Shown in pieces: positions 12,526-27,371 of a stretch of 64,000 nt of DNA (positions within the stretch are counted from its first letter, which is position 1; the number at the start of each line of letters is the position of its first letter). The stretch is from positions 90,520,001-90,584,000 of the forward strand of contig OZ024742.1 of assembly GCA_964016885.1 (NCBI GenBank), read 5' to 3'. Both the position numbers and the translations under genes were made by a program. The notes below the pieces were generated by a model. The model was not told the DNA's origin. It ran no database searches and saw only the letters and a list, made by a program, of their open reading frames with translations. This DNA comes from Eledone cirrhosa (lineage: Eukaryota).

Positions 12526-15031
12526 TGGATAGACAGACAAATGAAAGATACAGCTCACCTTGAGGAACAAATATGGGAAAATATAACAGTTGAACAGTTG
12601 CGTTTGGCTCTTAGAAAAACCATCAAATGGAAATCCCCAGGAAAAGACAAAATACAAAATTTTTTGATAAATGCCTTCACAGAGTCTCATGAGCTGTTAG
12701 CCCAACTTTACAATGAAATAGTTAAGGAGCCAGAAAAGATACCATCATGGCTAGTTAACGGCATTACATTCCTGCTTCCGAAGAATGATGAGACAAACAA
12801 TCCCCAAAATTACAGACCGATAACTTGCTTGACCACAATGTATAAAATTTTAACATCAGTCCTAACTGAATATACATATGACCACCTGATAACAAATGAC
12901 CTATTACCCATTGAGCAGAAAGGGTGTAAACGAGTCTCATATGGCTGTAAGGATCAGCTTTTGGTTAACAAAATGATACTGGAAGATTGTCATAATAGAC
13001 ACAAAAATCTATCAATTGCTTGGATAGATTATAAAAAAGCATTCGATAGTTTGCCACACAGTTGGATTGAAAAATGTTTAGAGATTTTCAAAATATCTCC
13101 CGTTGTCAGGAGGTTCCTCCTGTCATTCAGTATGAAGACATGGAAAATGACACTCCTTTTGAATAGTGAAAAAAAAAATCACTGGAAGCTGGAGAAGTTA
13201 ATATTAATTGTGGAATTTTTCAGGATGACTCTTTATCCCCGCTTTTATTCTGCATCGCACTTATACCATTAAGTAAAATGCTCAATGAAACACAACATGG
13301 ATATAAAGTCTATGACAAAACCATTAATCATTTGTTCTACATGGATGACCTGAAACTATTTGCAAAAAATGATGAACAATTGCAAGGGCTATTATCCACT
13401 GCGGAGCAGTTCAGTGATGACATTAAAATGGAGTTTGGACTAGATAAATGCGCCAAAGCAACGTTCACCAGAGGAAAGCTGCCGAAAAGTTCAGACATTA
13501 ATCTTGATCGGGGGAATGTGATAAGAGAACTGGATCAAGAGGAAACTTACAAATATCTACGTGTTTGTGAAGGAGACGGAATCAAGCACTCGACAATGAG
13601 GGAAAGCATAAGGAAGGAATGTTACCTTAGAGTAATTGCAATCTTAAGAACGGAATTGGATGCAAGGAATAGGTTCGATGCCATAAACACGCTTGCCATA
13701 CCAGTAGTAACTTGCAGTTACAATGGCATCAACTGGACAAGAACAGAGATCCGTAGGCTCGATACAAAAATTAGAAAATTCTTAACCATGCACAGAATGC
13801 ATCACCCTAAGGCAGATACAGATAGAATATATCTCCCTGGGAAAGAAGGAGGACGTGGGTTAATCCAGCTAGATATTGCGTTGAAAACTGCAACAATTGG
13901 ATTATATACATATCTAAGGGAATCACATGATTGGATGATCAAACTCGTTTTGAAACACGAAAGCATCAAAAGATCATACTCCATTACAAAAGATGTACAA
14001 AGATACAGTAATGGACTACAAATTTCAGAAGTTCCATTTACTGCTGAAATGAAAAACACAGAAAAAGTAAAGCAGGTAAAAGTAACTACAAAGAAAGAAC
14101 TGCTACAGAAACTGGCTAAGAAATGGCAAGAAAAGCCTCTGTATGGAAAATACCCAGAGCGAGTTAACAATCCTGATGTTGACAAAACTTTAACCCATCA
14201 GTGGTTGGCATCCTCTGGACTGAAATCGGAGACTGAAGGACTGATTATATCAGCTCAAGATCAGTGTCTGCCAACAAAAAATTACCAAGCCAACATAATA
14301 AAAAATGGATGCAACACATTATGCCGTGTATGTAAAAAACAACCAGAGACCATTGATCATATAATTTCAATGTGCAGTCCTATAGCTCCAACCGAATACC
14401 TAAACAGGCATGACAGAGCTGCACGATACATACATTGGATAATGTGTAAGCATTTTGACCTGCCGCATCAAAAGAATGGGCGGGGGCATCAACCACCTCC
14501 CATATTTGAAAAAGATCACATTTCAATCTTGTGGAACTTTAGCATCCAAACAGACCGAAAAATAGATGCAAATAGACCTGATATAATACTGAAGGACTTT
14601 AAAAAGAGGATATGCTGCTAATTGATATGTCCGTTCCAATAGACAAGAATGTATCTATAAAAACATTTGAAAAATTGAGCAAGTATAAGGACCTGGAGAT
14701 AGAAATTGGAAAAATGTGGAAATTGAGAACTAAAACAATACCAGTGGTTGTAGGCGCTCTAGGAATGATACCTAAGGGGTCTAATTATTACTTATCGCAA
14801 ATCCCAGGAAACCTGCGTATAGGAGAAATACAAAAGATAGTACTAATGGGAACTACCCTTATACTAAGGAAGATTCTGTCAATATAAGTACATCACAAAT
14901 CTAAACACTTAAAGATGCATGTGTGTGTATGTATGTTCTTTCTTGAACATAGCGGACCTTGTTGTCTCTTGAGGTCACTGGTTGTGACTTGGTGATAACT
15001 CGTATGAACATAAAGCAAGATAAACGCAACT

Positions 15032-15032
<1 letters not shown>
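12525..15032 (+). mobile_element. Dong-like (R4 clade) RLE retrotransposon inserted in (TAA)n, 5'-truncated
   Basis: NYRPITCL, WIDYKKAFDS, YMDDLKL, GGRGL, ETEGLIISAQDQ, CRVC..H..C, RHD, NRPDI, IDMSVP; (TAA)n on both sides, the known Dong target. Confidence 0.92.
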
Positions 15033-15082
<50 letters not shown>

Positions 15083-15322
15083 TTTTCTTTATTAACCACA
15101 AGGGTTCACATAAAGTAGACATTAAGGACAGTACAGGACAATACAGGACGGTACAAATGGGCATTTCTGCGTGTAAAAAAAACAGAGGTTGAAATAAAAT
15201 AAAGAAAAATTCCCCAATAGGGGGGAGACTTCCGAGGGACATTTGTGGAGAAAGCCCATTAAAAGACCACAGTGGCCCTGACCACCAGGGCAAGTGCCCT
15301 CTCCCAGTTTTCCACCTTTAAT

Positions 15323-18300
15323 TTACAGACACATACTCAGAGAAGGCCCATTCATTCGGGCCATACTTGCTTCTCTCACCCATCTTTCAACAAAATGCTG
15401 GGAAGAGAGCACTTCCCTCTCTACCCTGATTTTCCTTTTCAAATGAAATTTGAAAAAGTTAATCGGGGCATCACCGAAGAGGTAAGTGCTCGTCTTCAGC
15501 CCTTTCAAACGTGTCCACCATACTATCTCTTTCGCCATGGCCACCAGACAGATAAAAACTGCCTGCCCTTCCCGGCTAAAGGAAGGGGGCGGGGCAATCC
15601 TCACGATGGACTCAGCTGATAGCTGGATCCGTCCTACACGTGACAGCAGGTGTTCGACATAAACCCACAAGTCAGCAATGCTCGGACACTGGACGAGTGC
15701 GTGCAGGACGGTTTCGTCGCCCTGCGCGTATCTCGGACATGCCCGGCTGACGGCACCTCCATGCCTGTAGAGTTTATCTCGAACTGGCAAGGCTCCTCGG
15801 TAGCACTGCCAGGCCAGAGATTTCTGGAAGTTGTCCATAGGCCCCGGCCTGAAAGTTCTTCCGAAGAGATTGGCTAGTTGATTTTCGTCGACGCCTAGAG
15901 TTTCCCCAAGTACGTCGTCGCTCTTCCCCTCCACTAATCCTCTATAGAACGCCGAGGTGGAGTTTCCACCGATCACATTGCCGGATTGGTCGAGGGTTGT
16001 GAGCGCCTGAAGACATTCCAGTCTCCAGGCGCTCCCTTTCGGTCTTCGCTTGACCCAGGACTTAGCCACCTCAGCTCGACCTTTCAGGGATAGCTTCCTC
16101 TCCTCCCATTTCTGGGTGAGAGAAGCCACCCTGCTCGTCACCTCGTCCCAGTTTTTGTCCGTCTGGAGGTCCGGACCGAACCAGACCCCTAGCAATTTAA
16201 CCGGTCCGTCCGTCCAGCGTCCGACGACGCTGTTGGACGGCTTGGACCTGCCTGTCCAGGTGTCGAGCTGCAGGCCCACTGACTTTTCCTGGTTGATCAT
16301 TGCTCCTGTCACCGCTTCGTATTCTCTTAGTGTAGTGCCGATCGCCTCGATGTGTTTGGCGTTCGACACCACTACGGTGACATCGTCCGCATATGCTGAC
16401 ACGGATCTTCTGCATCCTAGTTCGCGCGGGACGCCCCTCAACGTCTCCAGTTTGTGCAGTAATGGCTCGAGAGTCAATACGTACAAGAGGGACGAGAGGG
16501 GACATCCTTGGCGGACCGAGCGCATGATGTTGAACGGTTCCGAAAGGTGACGGTTCACTCTCACCACAGAGCAGATGTCGCTGTGCATGGCAGCGATCCA
16601 GCCACTGAAGACGGGCCCAAAGCCAGCCGCCCTCAGGACTGCCGCTAGGTAACGATGGTCGACCCTATCGAAAGCTTTCGACTGATCTAAATTGATCAAA
16701 GACCCACCCTTGCCAGGTTCCCTAGCTACCCTCTCTACGATGTATCGCATGAGGTGGAGGTTCCGGTTGATGGATCTGTCGGGAATGGTGCATGTCTGCG
16801 CCTCTCCTACCAGACCACCAACGACAAGCGCCAACCTCTTTGCTAGTACCTTGGCCAAAATCTTGAACTCTGTGTTTAGCAGAGTTATGGGCCTGAAATT
16901 ATCTATGTTATCCCCCTTGTTCGGATCCTATCTCAGCAGTGCCACAGCTCGTCGGCTCACAGAGCTGGGAATTCTCCCGTTCTGTTGCCAGTTGCAGTAG
17001 ACGTCCGACAAGAGGCCTCCGAACAAGTCTGGCATCTGTACGTAAAGTTCATAGGGCAGACCATCCAAACCAGGCGAGTTACCCATTGTGCAGCTAGTCA
17101 TTGCCTCCCGTACTTCAGCGGCTGTTATCGGCTTTTCGCAACACTCCCCCTCAGTGGCCGAGAGCCGCGGCAGTCCGTCGAGTTAGACACTAAAGTCCAT
17201 CCCTCGATCGGGCCCTCTGCTGCCCCCGAACAACTGAGCGAAGTGTCGCTGAAAAGCTTCACACATTTGCCCGGGATCGAGTAGCATGCGCCCGTCGTGG
17301 TCCACCAAAGACAAGATCGTGGCTTTGTTGCCACGACGCGCCTCCGCCACTCGGGCCCATTGAACGGCTTTCGTCCCCTCGTGTCTGAGAGCACGCACCC
17401 TAGCTCTGACAGAGCAACCTTCGTGCTTTGCATTGAAGAATTGGTCAAGGGCCAATTTCGCCGCAAGCACGTCGGTCGCGATGCCTTTGCTAAGCGCCTC
17501 GTCTAATTTTCTAACTAATTCTGCCTCTTCTCTATTTTTCTCTATTGCTAAAGCCTTACTAAACCTAATGGACTCTATTCTAATCTCTCTTTTCAGAGCA
17601 AACCACCACTTGTTGACGATGGCCCCCGTCAACGCCCGCTTATCTAGTTCGCTAATCCGGTCTCTGTAGGCATTGCGCGCTGGTAAGGACGCGTTTAGCT
17701 TCCAGTAGCCCGGTCCTCGTCTATGAAGCCTATCTTAGTCAAGCACACAGATCACGAATTTGTGGTCCGTGTAGCTGACTATCTTGAATTGTGGACAGCC
17801 TATGCTAGACTTATCTATTTCCCTACAAAATACTCTATCTAGATATGATCTGGATGAGCCTATGCGGTTTGTCCAAGTCCACATTGGCACATTCGGGAAA
17901 TCCAATCGGTACCTGTCAGACAGTTCAAAACGCCTGAGCAGGTTGGTGAGGCTCTTGCACCCTCCTCCCCTAACCGCTAATCCCACACAGTCCCAGCGTG
18001 CATCTAAGATCCTGTTCCAGTCGCCCACTAACACTAAAGAGCGGGACGTTCCAAGAAAGGTCTCCAGACGCCGGAAGAAATCAGGCCGCCCTGCCCCTGT
18101 CGGGGCATAGATGGCCACTAGCCTGAAAGCTTGCCCGTCTCCGCTGGTCACGTCCAGCACCACCAACTTATCCTCTGGTTCCAGGAAGATGGCCCGTATG
18201 GTGAGATCCAAACCTCTCCGAAAAAGCACAGCAACGGGAGATGCGTACACATCGTAGCCGCCGAGGATCGGTGCGAAGGCCCGTGCTTCGGAGATTCTTG

Positions 18301-18420
18301 TTTAGCTGATGGCCACTACATCTATGTTTAGTGACCTGAGGTCGTTGAGCAGGTGGCCCTGCTTCCATGACGACCCCAAGCCACACGCATTTATGCTGCC
18401 TATTCTGAGTGAGGTCATGT
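15323..18420 (-). pseudogene. ORF2: AP endonuclease + reverse transcriptase + C-terminal zinc finger, frameshifted, probable internal deletion near 16060
   Basis: SINACGL, LVGDWN, YLDRV, YTDHK (APE); LDQSKAFDRVDH, VRQGCPLS, YADD (RT); CPR..ETVLHALVQC. Confidence 0.92.
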
Positions 18421-18831
18421 TGAAATGGAGTGGAAAAGATGGGAAAGACCACTTACCGTAATTTTCGTAGAGGAAGGATGGTTTCTCCATCCCTTTTCAC
18501 TTGATCGTCTGGTGAAGGGACCGTTGAATCGTCCCTTCGGCTGGTCGTCGGCTCTTCTATGAGTATGTCCGAATATACTCTCCGGTTGAGAGTCCCTCCT
18601 AGGTCTTTGAAATCACCAACTGCGTTGGGGAATTAAGTTTTAATGTTTATGTATTGTTTCTGTGCTATTCTTAACAGTCTTATGTTCGTTGGTGTTTTGA
18701 TTGGTGCTGGTATTATGTAGTCGTGCTGTGAAATATCTGTGTTCAATTATGTAAGTCATTAGTTTCTTGTGTGTATTTATTGCCGTGCATTTGTTTTTCT
18801 GGGGGTGGGGTGTGGTTCTACTATTTTCTTG

Positions 18832-20580
18832 TCATTGTTGCTGGGTGTGTGTGTTTTGTTGTTGTGTTTGTGATGATGGTGCTTGTGGTGGTGGTGTTGA
18901 AGGTGTTGTTGTTGTTGTTGGCGGTGAGGTTGTCGCCGGTGGTGATGGTGGTGCTAGTGTGGGTGGTGATGGTGTTGGTGGTGTTGCTGCTGTCAGTCTC
19001 TTTGCAGTAGCCTTTACCCTTTTTTCATTTCTTTCCTCCCTTTTCGAAGGCGAGGATGCGCTGCTTCTGCGTTTGTGCCTTCTTGCGACCTTTTCCCATC
19101 CCTCTCCCACCTCACACTCCATGTCTGATTCTGTGAGGTCGGGGAGGGGTACCAGCTCCACTCTTTCACTTGTTGTTGTTGGTGATGTTTGCAGTGGAGT
19201 CTCTGTTGGAGCTGCAGTTGGTATTACTGTTGTTGTTGTTAATACTTCCACTGCTGCTGCTGTTCTTGATTTCCGTGGCGTGGGTATGGGTGCCACAGAC
19301 CTATCGTTCCTGGTTGCCGCTTGTCCTGTTGCTGGTAGCATTGGAGCCGGTTTCGGAAGGAGGGGGGTTTTCTCCTTTCTCAGGGTCTTCTCGTTGCAGA
19401 AGGCCCTGAGGTGAGTCTTCGACCCACAGCGAAAGCATTTCGGGTGTTTGCTCTCAACACTTATGGGCAGTTGAGTGCCGTTATCGAAGTCTATCACATC
19501 CGGGATAGTTTCGATGCACTCCTGGGTGGTTTGGATTAACATCTCAATGGAGGTGCCAACCCAATCTTCTCTTACTCTTTTCTGTACGTGCAGTACAGTT
19601 GTTTTGTCCTCGATTCCGACGAGGACAGACGCGGCCAGCCAAGAAGGGGCCATACCGGGGGGGGGGGGGGGGGGGCGTGGGTCAGTTTGACCCTCACAAT
19701 TTTTTGCCCGCAGTAGGAGGCCACCAACACCATTTCCTCGCTCCTTAGGGTCACTAAGGATTGAGCCTTTGCCTCCTGGGGTGTGGCAAAAAGCACGTCT
19801 ACGGTGGCATATTTCTTGCCTCGGGTGATATGCGTTTTCCGCTGCCACACAGACTCTAAGGCTTTTTGTATTTGAGCCTCTGTGGCTCTTTCAATCCTAC
19901 GGGATTTTGTGCTTACTGTACGGTACGTGACCGTACAGTGCTGTAGGGTTTCGAAAAAATTTTCGGCTGCCTTGCAGATTGCTCGGTGTCCGGTTTTCGT
20001 CACCATCTTCTTCGCTTCCTGTAATTCCTCATTTGTTATGAGGATGGTTTCCAGGTTCTTTGCGATACCTGCAAACGAGATTGGTTTTTCTTTGCTGCTG
20101 TTGTTGTTGTTGTTGTTGTCGTCAGAGCTGCTGTTACTTTTGGTGTTGCTGCAGGTACTACGACTACTGCCGCCGCCGCTGGTGCTGTGGTTGTTGTTGC
20201 TGCTGCTGCTGTTGTTGTTGCTGTTGCGGCTAATGCTGTTGTTGTTTATGCTGCTGATGCTGTTGCGGCTGCTACTGTTGTTTTCCTTGTCACTGTTGCT
20301 GCTGCTGCTGTTATTACGGCTGCTACTGCTATTATTCATGACGTCAGACGAATGAAATGGGTTTTCGTATTTACCGCACACCTTTTCGTCGTTGTCGTCG
20401 TCTTGGAGAAATGTTCCATGCTTTGCACGTGTTTTTGGAAACTATTTTTCTTTACTGGCGTCGCTGGCGAAAGAGAAGGGAGGGAGAGAGACAATCTTCT
20501 CTCTGCTGTAGTGACGATTGAGGAAGAAGAAGACGGAATGAGTGGGAGTGACTTGTGAAAATTATTTTTCGTAGCCATGT
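18832..20580 (-). pseudogene. ORF1, gag-like, with CCHC knuckle; frameshifted at a poly-G/C run
   Basis: CFRCGSKTHLRAFC; N/S-rich N-terminus and P/T-rich C-terminus; ORF pieces 20336..20641, 19572..20381 and 18832..19848. Confidence 0.8.
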
Positions 20581-23500
20581 TTTTTTTTGGTTTAAAATAA
20601 ATATTGGGCACAAAACCCAATAAGCAGTTATTTAACCCCAAAGGGCTAAATAACTGGCAGAAAGACCCCTCTCACGAGGAGGAGGGTGTTTTTGTCTACA
20701 ATTTGGTTAAAGTTTTAAACAATTTACAATTGTTATAGCGGTCAAAATTTACAATACCTTACAGAGCCGAGCCTCCGTCAACCATGGCATTCAATAATAA
20801 TAATAATAATATATATGAGGGACTCTCCCGTCGATATCCGACGTATGAGTGTCCAAAAAAAGTTAAATGTGAGAAAGTGAACTGATGTTGAATTACCCAC
20901 ACAAAGTTTTGTTTTAAGTGGTGAAGGCTTGTGTAGGACAAATACAAGAAACTATTAGGTCATGAGTTTGATACTAGGCGAAAGTTTTATAAGAGTGAAC
21001 GTATCTGTGGAAATCGTTAATTTCATAATCAGGGTGTTCCGTTGTTTGAACAATTGGACCACTCTATTCTTTCTTCTCCAATACTTTCTTATTTCATCTT
21101 ACTCTTCTTTGTCATCCATACTTTTCGCCATTGAAGCAAACGACACAAATTCATTTAACAACAGTGTCACTTCACAAAAATTACGATATCAATATTAATA
21201 CAGCGCGTAATAATGATAACCCTTTCAATGTAACTACTAACTTAAACACCAATATTAATGATGTGAGGCAAATTTCACTTAGCTCAGAAAGAAAGCGTCG
21301 AATGAGAAAGGAAATGAATGAAGAAGAGAAAGAAATTCAGAGAGCAAGAAATCGAGAGTATCAAATACAAAGACGGGAAGGGCTCTCAATTCAAAGGAGA
21401 AATGAAATTAGCGAAGAAAACAGGTTAGCTCTCCAAGAGTTGAGAGGAAATTTGACAGAAAAAAGAAGAGATGAAATAAGAGAGGAAAATAGAATTTCTC
21501 ACAATGAAGCAAGACATTCTCAGACTAGGGAGGAACAATAAATTGTAACTCAAGTAAAAAGATCCAGGTAGTTCTGTTAAATCATTTACGAATGCAGCAG
21601 TTGAATATGATCCAAGTAAAAATCATGTTAATCTACCAAATTTAGGAACAATGTCGTAAGTAGTTTGTAAGCATTGTTGTGCTAAACTATTTAAAGATGA
21701 ACCTAAGGGATTATGTTGTTCAACTGGTAAAGTTAAATTGAATTTAATTGAAAGATCATCCGAACCTTACATTAACACATTAATGCTGGGGGAAACTCAG
21801 GATTCCATAAACTTCTTAAGGGATATAAAAAAATAAAACGAATTGTTTTCAATGACATCCTTTAGAGTCGGTGAATCAATATCTCTGTCGGGATTCATGC
21901 CAGTTTTTAAAATATAAGGTCAAATTTATCACAGAATAAGTTCATTGTATAATGCAGTTGATAATATTCCTAAATATGCTCAAGTTTATTTTATTGAGGA
22001 TTTAAATGAACAAATTAATATTAGAAATAATAAGTTTCATGAAACACACTTGTACACCATAAGACATATCTAAGAGATGCTTTTGGAAAATAGTGAGCTT
22101 ATCAGACAAATTGAAACTATGGCATATTTTGATATCAGTCCAAATCTTCAATTGTCAATTTGTGCAGATAGAGTACCAGTTGGTGAGCATTCACGAAGGT
22201 ACAATGACTGAGTATCTAACGATGTGGGATTAGCAATGGTTAGAACTGAATTTTCACGAAGAAACATCCTATTTACTCATAAAATAACACTATAAAGAAA
22301 ATAAATGAATTACATAGATCCTATGACTATGATCCATTACAAACCCTTTGATTCATTGGAGAGGAATTGATGGCTATTCGTTGGATTTACCCTTATACAA
22401 CCTAAATACAAATCAAACAGTCCCAAATAAGAACGTTATATGCTGGTAATATTATGCATATCATTAACAACTAAGAAATACTTGGAATCAAGTTGTAAGA
22501 TGTAAACGATTGTTCCAAATGTATTTAGTTGATATGTATGCTGAAATGGAGTTTTTACAGTAAACAACACCAAACCAAGCTAAGGATCGAAGACTATTCG
22601 CTTTTAAAAGATTCTCTAAATAATGAAGGAGTACTCAATGCACAAGAATTAGGTAGGGCTTTAATTTTACCTTCTACTTTTGTTGGAAGTCCAAGTTATT
22701 GGAAGGAAAGAACTCAAGATGTTATGTAGACCTGATTTATTTATAATATTCACTTGCAATCCTAAATAGAATGAAATCATGGAGAACCTATACAAAGGTC
22801 AAAAACCCAAAGACAGGCACAAAATAATTGCAAGAGCTTTCAAGCAAAAGTTAAACAAAATGATAAAAATATTGGTTGATAAGGGAAGTGGACTATTTGG
22901 CGAAACAAGGGCCTACATATATACAGTAGAATGGCAGGAAAGAGTCTTACCACATGCTCACATCTTACTTTGGTTAGAGCAAACAATTTATCCAAATCAA
23001 TTAGATACATTAATCTCGGTAGAAATTCCTGATCCAATTAATGATCCTGATCTTTATGATATTGTCACTACACGAATGGTCCATGGTTCTTATGGTTTAT
23101 TAGATCCGCAATATCCATGTATGAATGATCCAATATGTGGGAAAAATTACCGAAAATATGTAATTAATGAAACCAGGATACCTCTTTTATAGACGAAAAC
23201 AAAAACAGATGTAGGAAGAACAGCAACAATAACAAGAAACTCAAAACATATACAATTGACAACAGGTGGATTGTACCTTACAATCCATTACTTTTGAAAG
23301 TATTTAAAGGCCACATCAATGTAGAACTTTGCTCCTCTGTTCAAGCTATAGTATATATAATTAAGTACTTTAATAAAGGTAACGATGCTGCTGTTCTAAG
23401 AATACGAAATAATGACCAAGATAATGAAGGAAGTTATCTCAATAGTAATGAGGCTGCATGGAAAATCCTTCAATTTAATATTCACATGCGATACCCAACT

Positions 23501-24739
23501 GTTCAATTGGATATACATTTAGAAAATGGTCAAAGAGTGTACTCCACCAGCAATAATGTTGAAAGTATAATTAGAAATCCCAAAATTACAACTTTAATTT
23601 CGTTCTTCAAATTGAATGAAACTGACGAATATGCAAGAAGTTTCTTATATAAGGACATTCCATCTCATTATACCCTTACTTCCAAAACAAAAAACACGGA
23701 AAAAAAAATTGAATGGTAGATTTGTGCAAACATGTTCTAGAATTTATGCTATTGTCTCAAATTATTGCTGAACGTAGTTAGAGGTCCAAAATCTTTCAGA
23801 GACGTAAAAACACATGGGAGTATTGTCTATAATAAATTTAGAGAAGCATATATTGCAAGGGTATTGTTAGAAGATGACAATCATCTAAAACTAGCACTTA
23901 GAGAAACTGTTTCTATCAAACTGCCATGCGAAGTGAGATACTAATTAATTGTAATCCTTCTGATTATGTGAATAATTTAAACAACCAATGTAAGTTGATA
24001 TTCTGAATCGATTGACAAACAATCAACAAGAAAAAAATAAATGATGAAGAAATATTATACAGTGAACTTTTACACAAATTTAAAGCTCTTTTATATGAAA
24101 TATGACAAAAGGCTTTGATTGAAAAAGGATTACCTGAACCAACTTATGAAGAACTAGAAGTAAACAATATTGAGTAAATGAACACTTAGAAATAAGAAAC
24201 TTTGTAGATGTGAATGAACCATTGTAGAATGAAGAACAAAGACTTATTTACACTACAATCAATGATTCAATAACCAATAGCAATGAACAAACATTATACT
24301 TTTTAGATACTCCAGGCGGAACTGGAAAAACATTTTTTATCAATCTTTTACTGGCAACCAATAAAATGAATGGTTATATTAGTATAGCTGTTTCTTCTTC
24401 AGGAACAGCAGTAACTTCAATAGATAATGGGAAAACAGTACATTCAGTGTTTAACTTCCCATTTTCATCATCAATTAGAAAAAATAGTCGAATTTGGATT
24501 ACCTAAGAAAATTGTAATTTATTAGTATCGGATGAAGTTACAATGTCACATGAACATATTTTAGATAAACCATTGAAAGAGATTAAATAGAATAATTTAC
24601 CTTTTGGTGGTATTACTGTTTTACTAGCTGGTGGATTTAGACAAATACTTCCAGTAGTACCAAGAGGTACAAAAGCTCATGAAATAGATGCATCTATCAA
24701 GGCATCCCATTTATGGTCATTATTTCACAAATTGTCTTA

Positions 24740-24931
24740 GGGCGGTGAATTGGCAGTATCGGTAGAGGGTTGGACGCCATGCTTTGACGCATAGAGTTAC
24801 GGCCCTTGCCATTCTGAGTTCAAATCCCGCCGAGGTTAACTTTGCCTTTCATCCTTATGGGGTCGATAAAATAAAGTACCAGTAATGTACTGGATAATTG
24901 CTGGCCTTGTGCCAAAAGTAGAAACAATTAT
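24740..24931 (+). mobile_element. full-length tRNA-derived SINE inside the Helitron
   Basis: A-box TGGCAGTATCGG, B-box GAGTTCAAATCC, conserved core, ATT tail; TSD TTATTTCACAAATTGTC. Confidence 0.92.
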
Positions 24932-24959
24932 TTCACAAATTGTCATTATTTCACAAATA

Positions 24960-25150
24960 GGGCGGTGGATTGACAGTATCGGTAGAGGGTCGGATGCCAT
25001 GCTTTCCAGCATAGTTACGTCCCTTTACGATCTGAGTTCAAATCCCGCCGAGGTTGACTTTGCCTTTTATCCTTACGGGGTCGATAAAATAAAGTACCAG
25101 TAATGCACTGGGTAATTGCTGGCCTTGTGCCTAAAGTAGAAACAATTATT
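24960..25150 (+). mobile_element. second full-length SINE at the same site
   Basis: Same family but diverged from its neighbour; same TSD motif. Confidence 0.92.
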
Positions 25151-25872
25151 TCACAAATTGTCATTAAAATTTAATATGAGAGTGCATATCCTAAAAAAAT
25201 AATGATTTACTGGACTTTGCAAGTAAACTATTAGAAATGGGGGAAAAAAAAGAATCCCAAGTGATATTATTACAAATGGGAAATAGAGTGGAGAATGAAA
25301 TTGATTTAGAAATATTTATTTTTTAGGACATTGCAATTAATTACAATAATACAGAATGGGTGACAGGCAGAATAATTTTAGCTGCTAAAAATGATAATGT
25401 TAATGCTATTAATATGCGATTACTTAACAAATTATAAGAACATAGATTAAGAACCTACAATTCTATAGATCAAGTAGTGGATTTTCCGGTTGAGTTCTTA
25501 AATTCATTATAATTATCAGGATTTCCACCACATAAATTGAATTTGAAGAAAGGAGCTCCAATTATTCTTTTGGGAAATTTACAAACTCCAAAGTTATGCA
25601 ATGGTTAATAGTGGAATCCCTTACAAATAATGTAATTGAAAATGGAAAGTACAAATATTAATTAGTATTGTTACCAAGAATTAAATTACTTGCAGAAGAG
25701 CCAGTGAGGTTTACAAGATTACAATTTCCGGTTAAACTATCTTTTGCTATGACAATAAATAAATCACAAGGTCAAACATTTAAAGAAGTTGGTATCAATC
25801 TTTAGAATGAAGTATTTTCTCATGGACAACTATATGTATCACTTTCAAGATTGGGAGATCCTAATAATCTTT

Positions 25873-25973
25873 AGGTTGACTTTGCCTTTCATCCTTACGG
25901 GGTCGATAAAATAAAGTACCAGTAATACACTGGGTAATTGCTGGCCTTGTGCCTAACGTAGAAACAATTATTA
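25873..25973 (+). mobile_element. 5'-truncated SINE
   Basis: 3' half of the same family. Confidence 0.88.
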
Positions 25974-26783
25974 CACAAAGTATGAAAAAGTTAAAAACAT
26001 TGTTTATGATAAATTTCTTTAGATATAAAAAATAAAAATAAACAAAAAAAAATTAAACCAAAAATAAAACTAAAACTGAAAACAAAAACAAGTGGACGAT
26101 TTAAAATAAAACATTATACTCGCTACTGATAAAATGTTATCAATATTATGTGTTATTGAATATCATAATCTGAAGCGAGGTTATTTTAAATTAATTTAAT
26201 CTTTTTATTTTCATTTAAATTGTTACATACATTATTTATATTTGATCAACAATGATTTTCTTTTACTATAATTCATTTCATAATTTGACCATTGAGTTTT
26301 ATTATTTTCAAATTTGTTTTCATTCTTTCGGCAATCACAATAATCGATTTGAATTTCTTGAATTATTTTCGATATTCTGAACAGTAAGCACTCTCCAAAG
26401 GAGAATCAACAGAATTTGTCTATTAATGTAATAAATAATGATATAAGAAAATATCCCAGCAAGGTTATTGTTAAATTAATTCATGATTATATTTTTCATT
26501 AGAATTATTATTTACATTATTAATATTTGGCGTCAAGGAGATTTTTTATTATAATTCATTTCATAATTTTAGCATTCATTTTTACAATGTTTTCATTCTT
26601 TAGGGAATCCCATCAACATACGTGTGTTTATATATATATATATCCCCTATTATCTGACATAATTTATTGTGTCTTCTCTCTTTGCTATGATTTATAATGA
26701 GCTCGGTCTCTCTCTACCTTGAGCTCCCTTCATAATAAGGGATTTATTGTGAGTTTCTAACTCTATATTATAATTTGACGTAT

Positions 26784-26867
<84 letters not shown>

Positions 26868-26901
26868 ATGTGTGTGTGTGTGTTTCCGTGTGTGTGTGTG
26901 C

Positions 26902-26954
<53 letters not shown>

Positions 26955-27371
26955 AAGAGAGAGAGGGGTGTTATAATATATAAAGAGGGAGTGATGACGT
27001 GGTAACGTAGCAAACAAAGCCAACAAGAGAGAGAGAGATAGTGAGACAGTTGTAGAAAGAGATTTGATAGACAGAGAACTATAACGTCGCAATCATTATA
27101 CCATGTGTGTGTGAGTGTGTGTGTACGTGTGTGTGTGTGTGTGTGGGTGTGCGCGCGCGCATGTGTACATCTGTTACAGTAACTGCAGTTGGCTCTTTAT
27201 CTATCTGTCTGTCGTACACGGCGCAAAGGGCTTTGTTGTGGTAACCTGTTTTGCTAGATATGACAGAAAAATAAACCTACAACACACATACATTGATTAG
27301 TTCCTCAATGTATAACTTTTCTGTATCTATCTACCGTATGTACCTACCTACTTATATATATATCTACCTAA

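Larger units (their letters stand above)
15081..20792 (-). mobile_element. near full-length Tx1/L1-type non-LTR retrotransposon (ORF1 + APE-RT ORF2)
   Basis: Bounded by (TAA)n at both ends; ORF1 zinc knuckle followed by APE and RT; AATAAA near the 3' end. Confidence 0.9.
20810..26020 (+). mobile_element. decayed Helitron (Rep + Pif1-family helicase)
   Basis: [99 protein letters not shown]; many stops; ends uncertain. Confidence 0.92.

Noticed and set aside
15650-20558. Long plus-strand ORFs over the Tx1 element
   Set aside because: Antisense shadows of GC-rich coding sequence and trinucleotide repeats.
24740-24835. tRNA gene
   Set aside because: A and B boxes belong to a multicopy SINE head; no cloverleaf or poly-T terminator.
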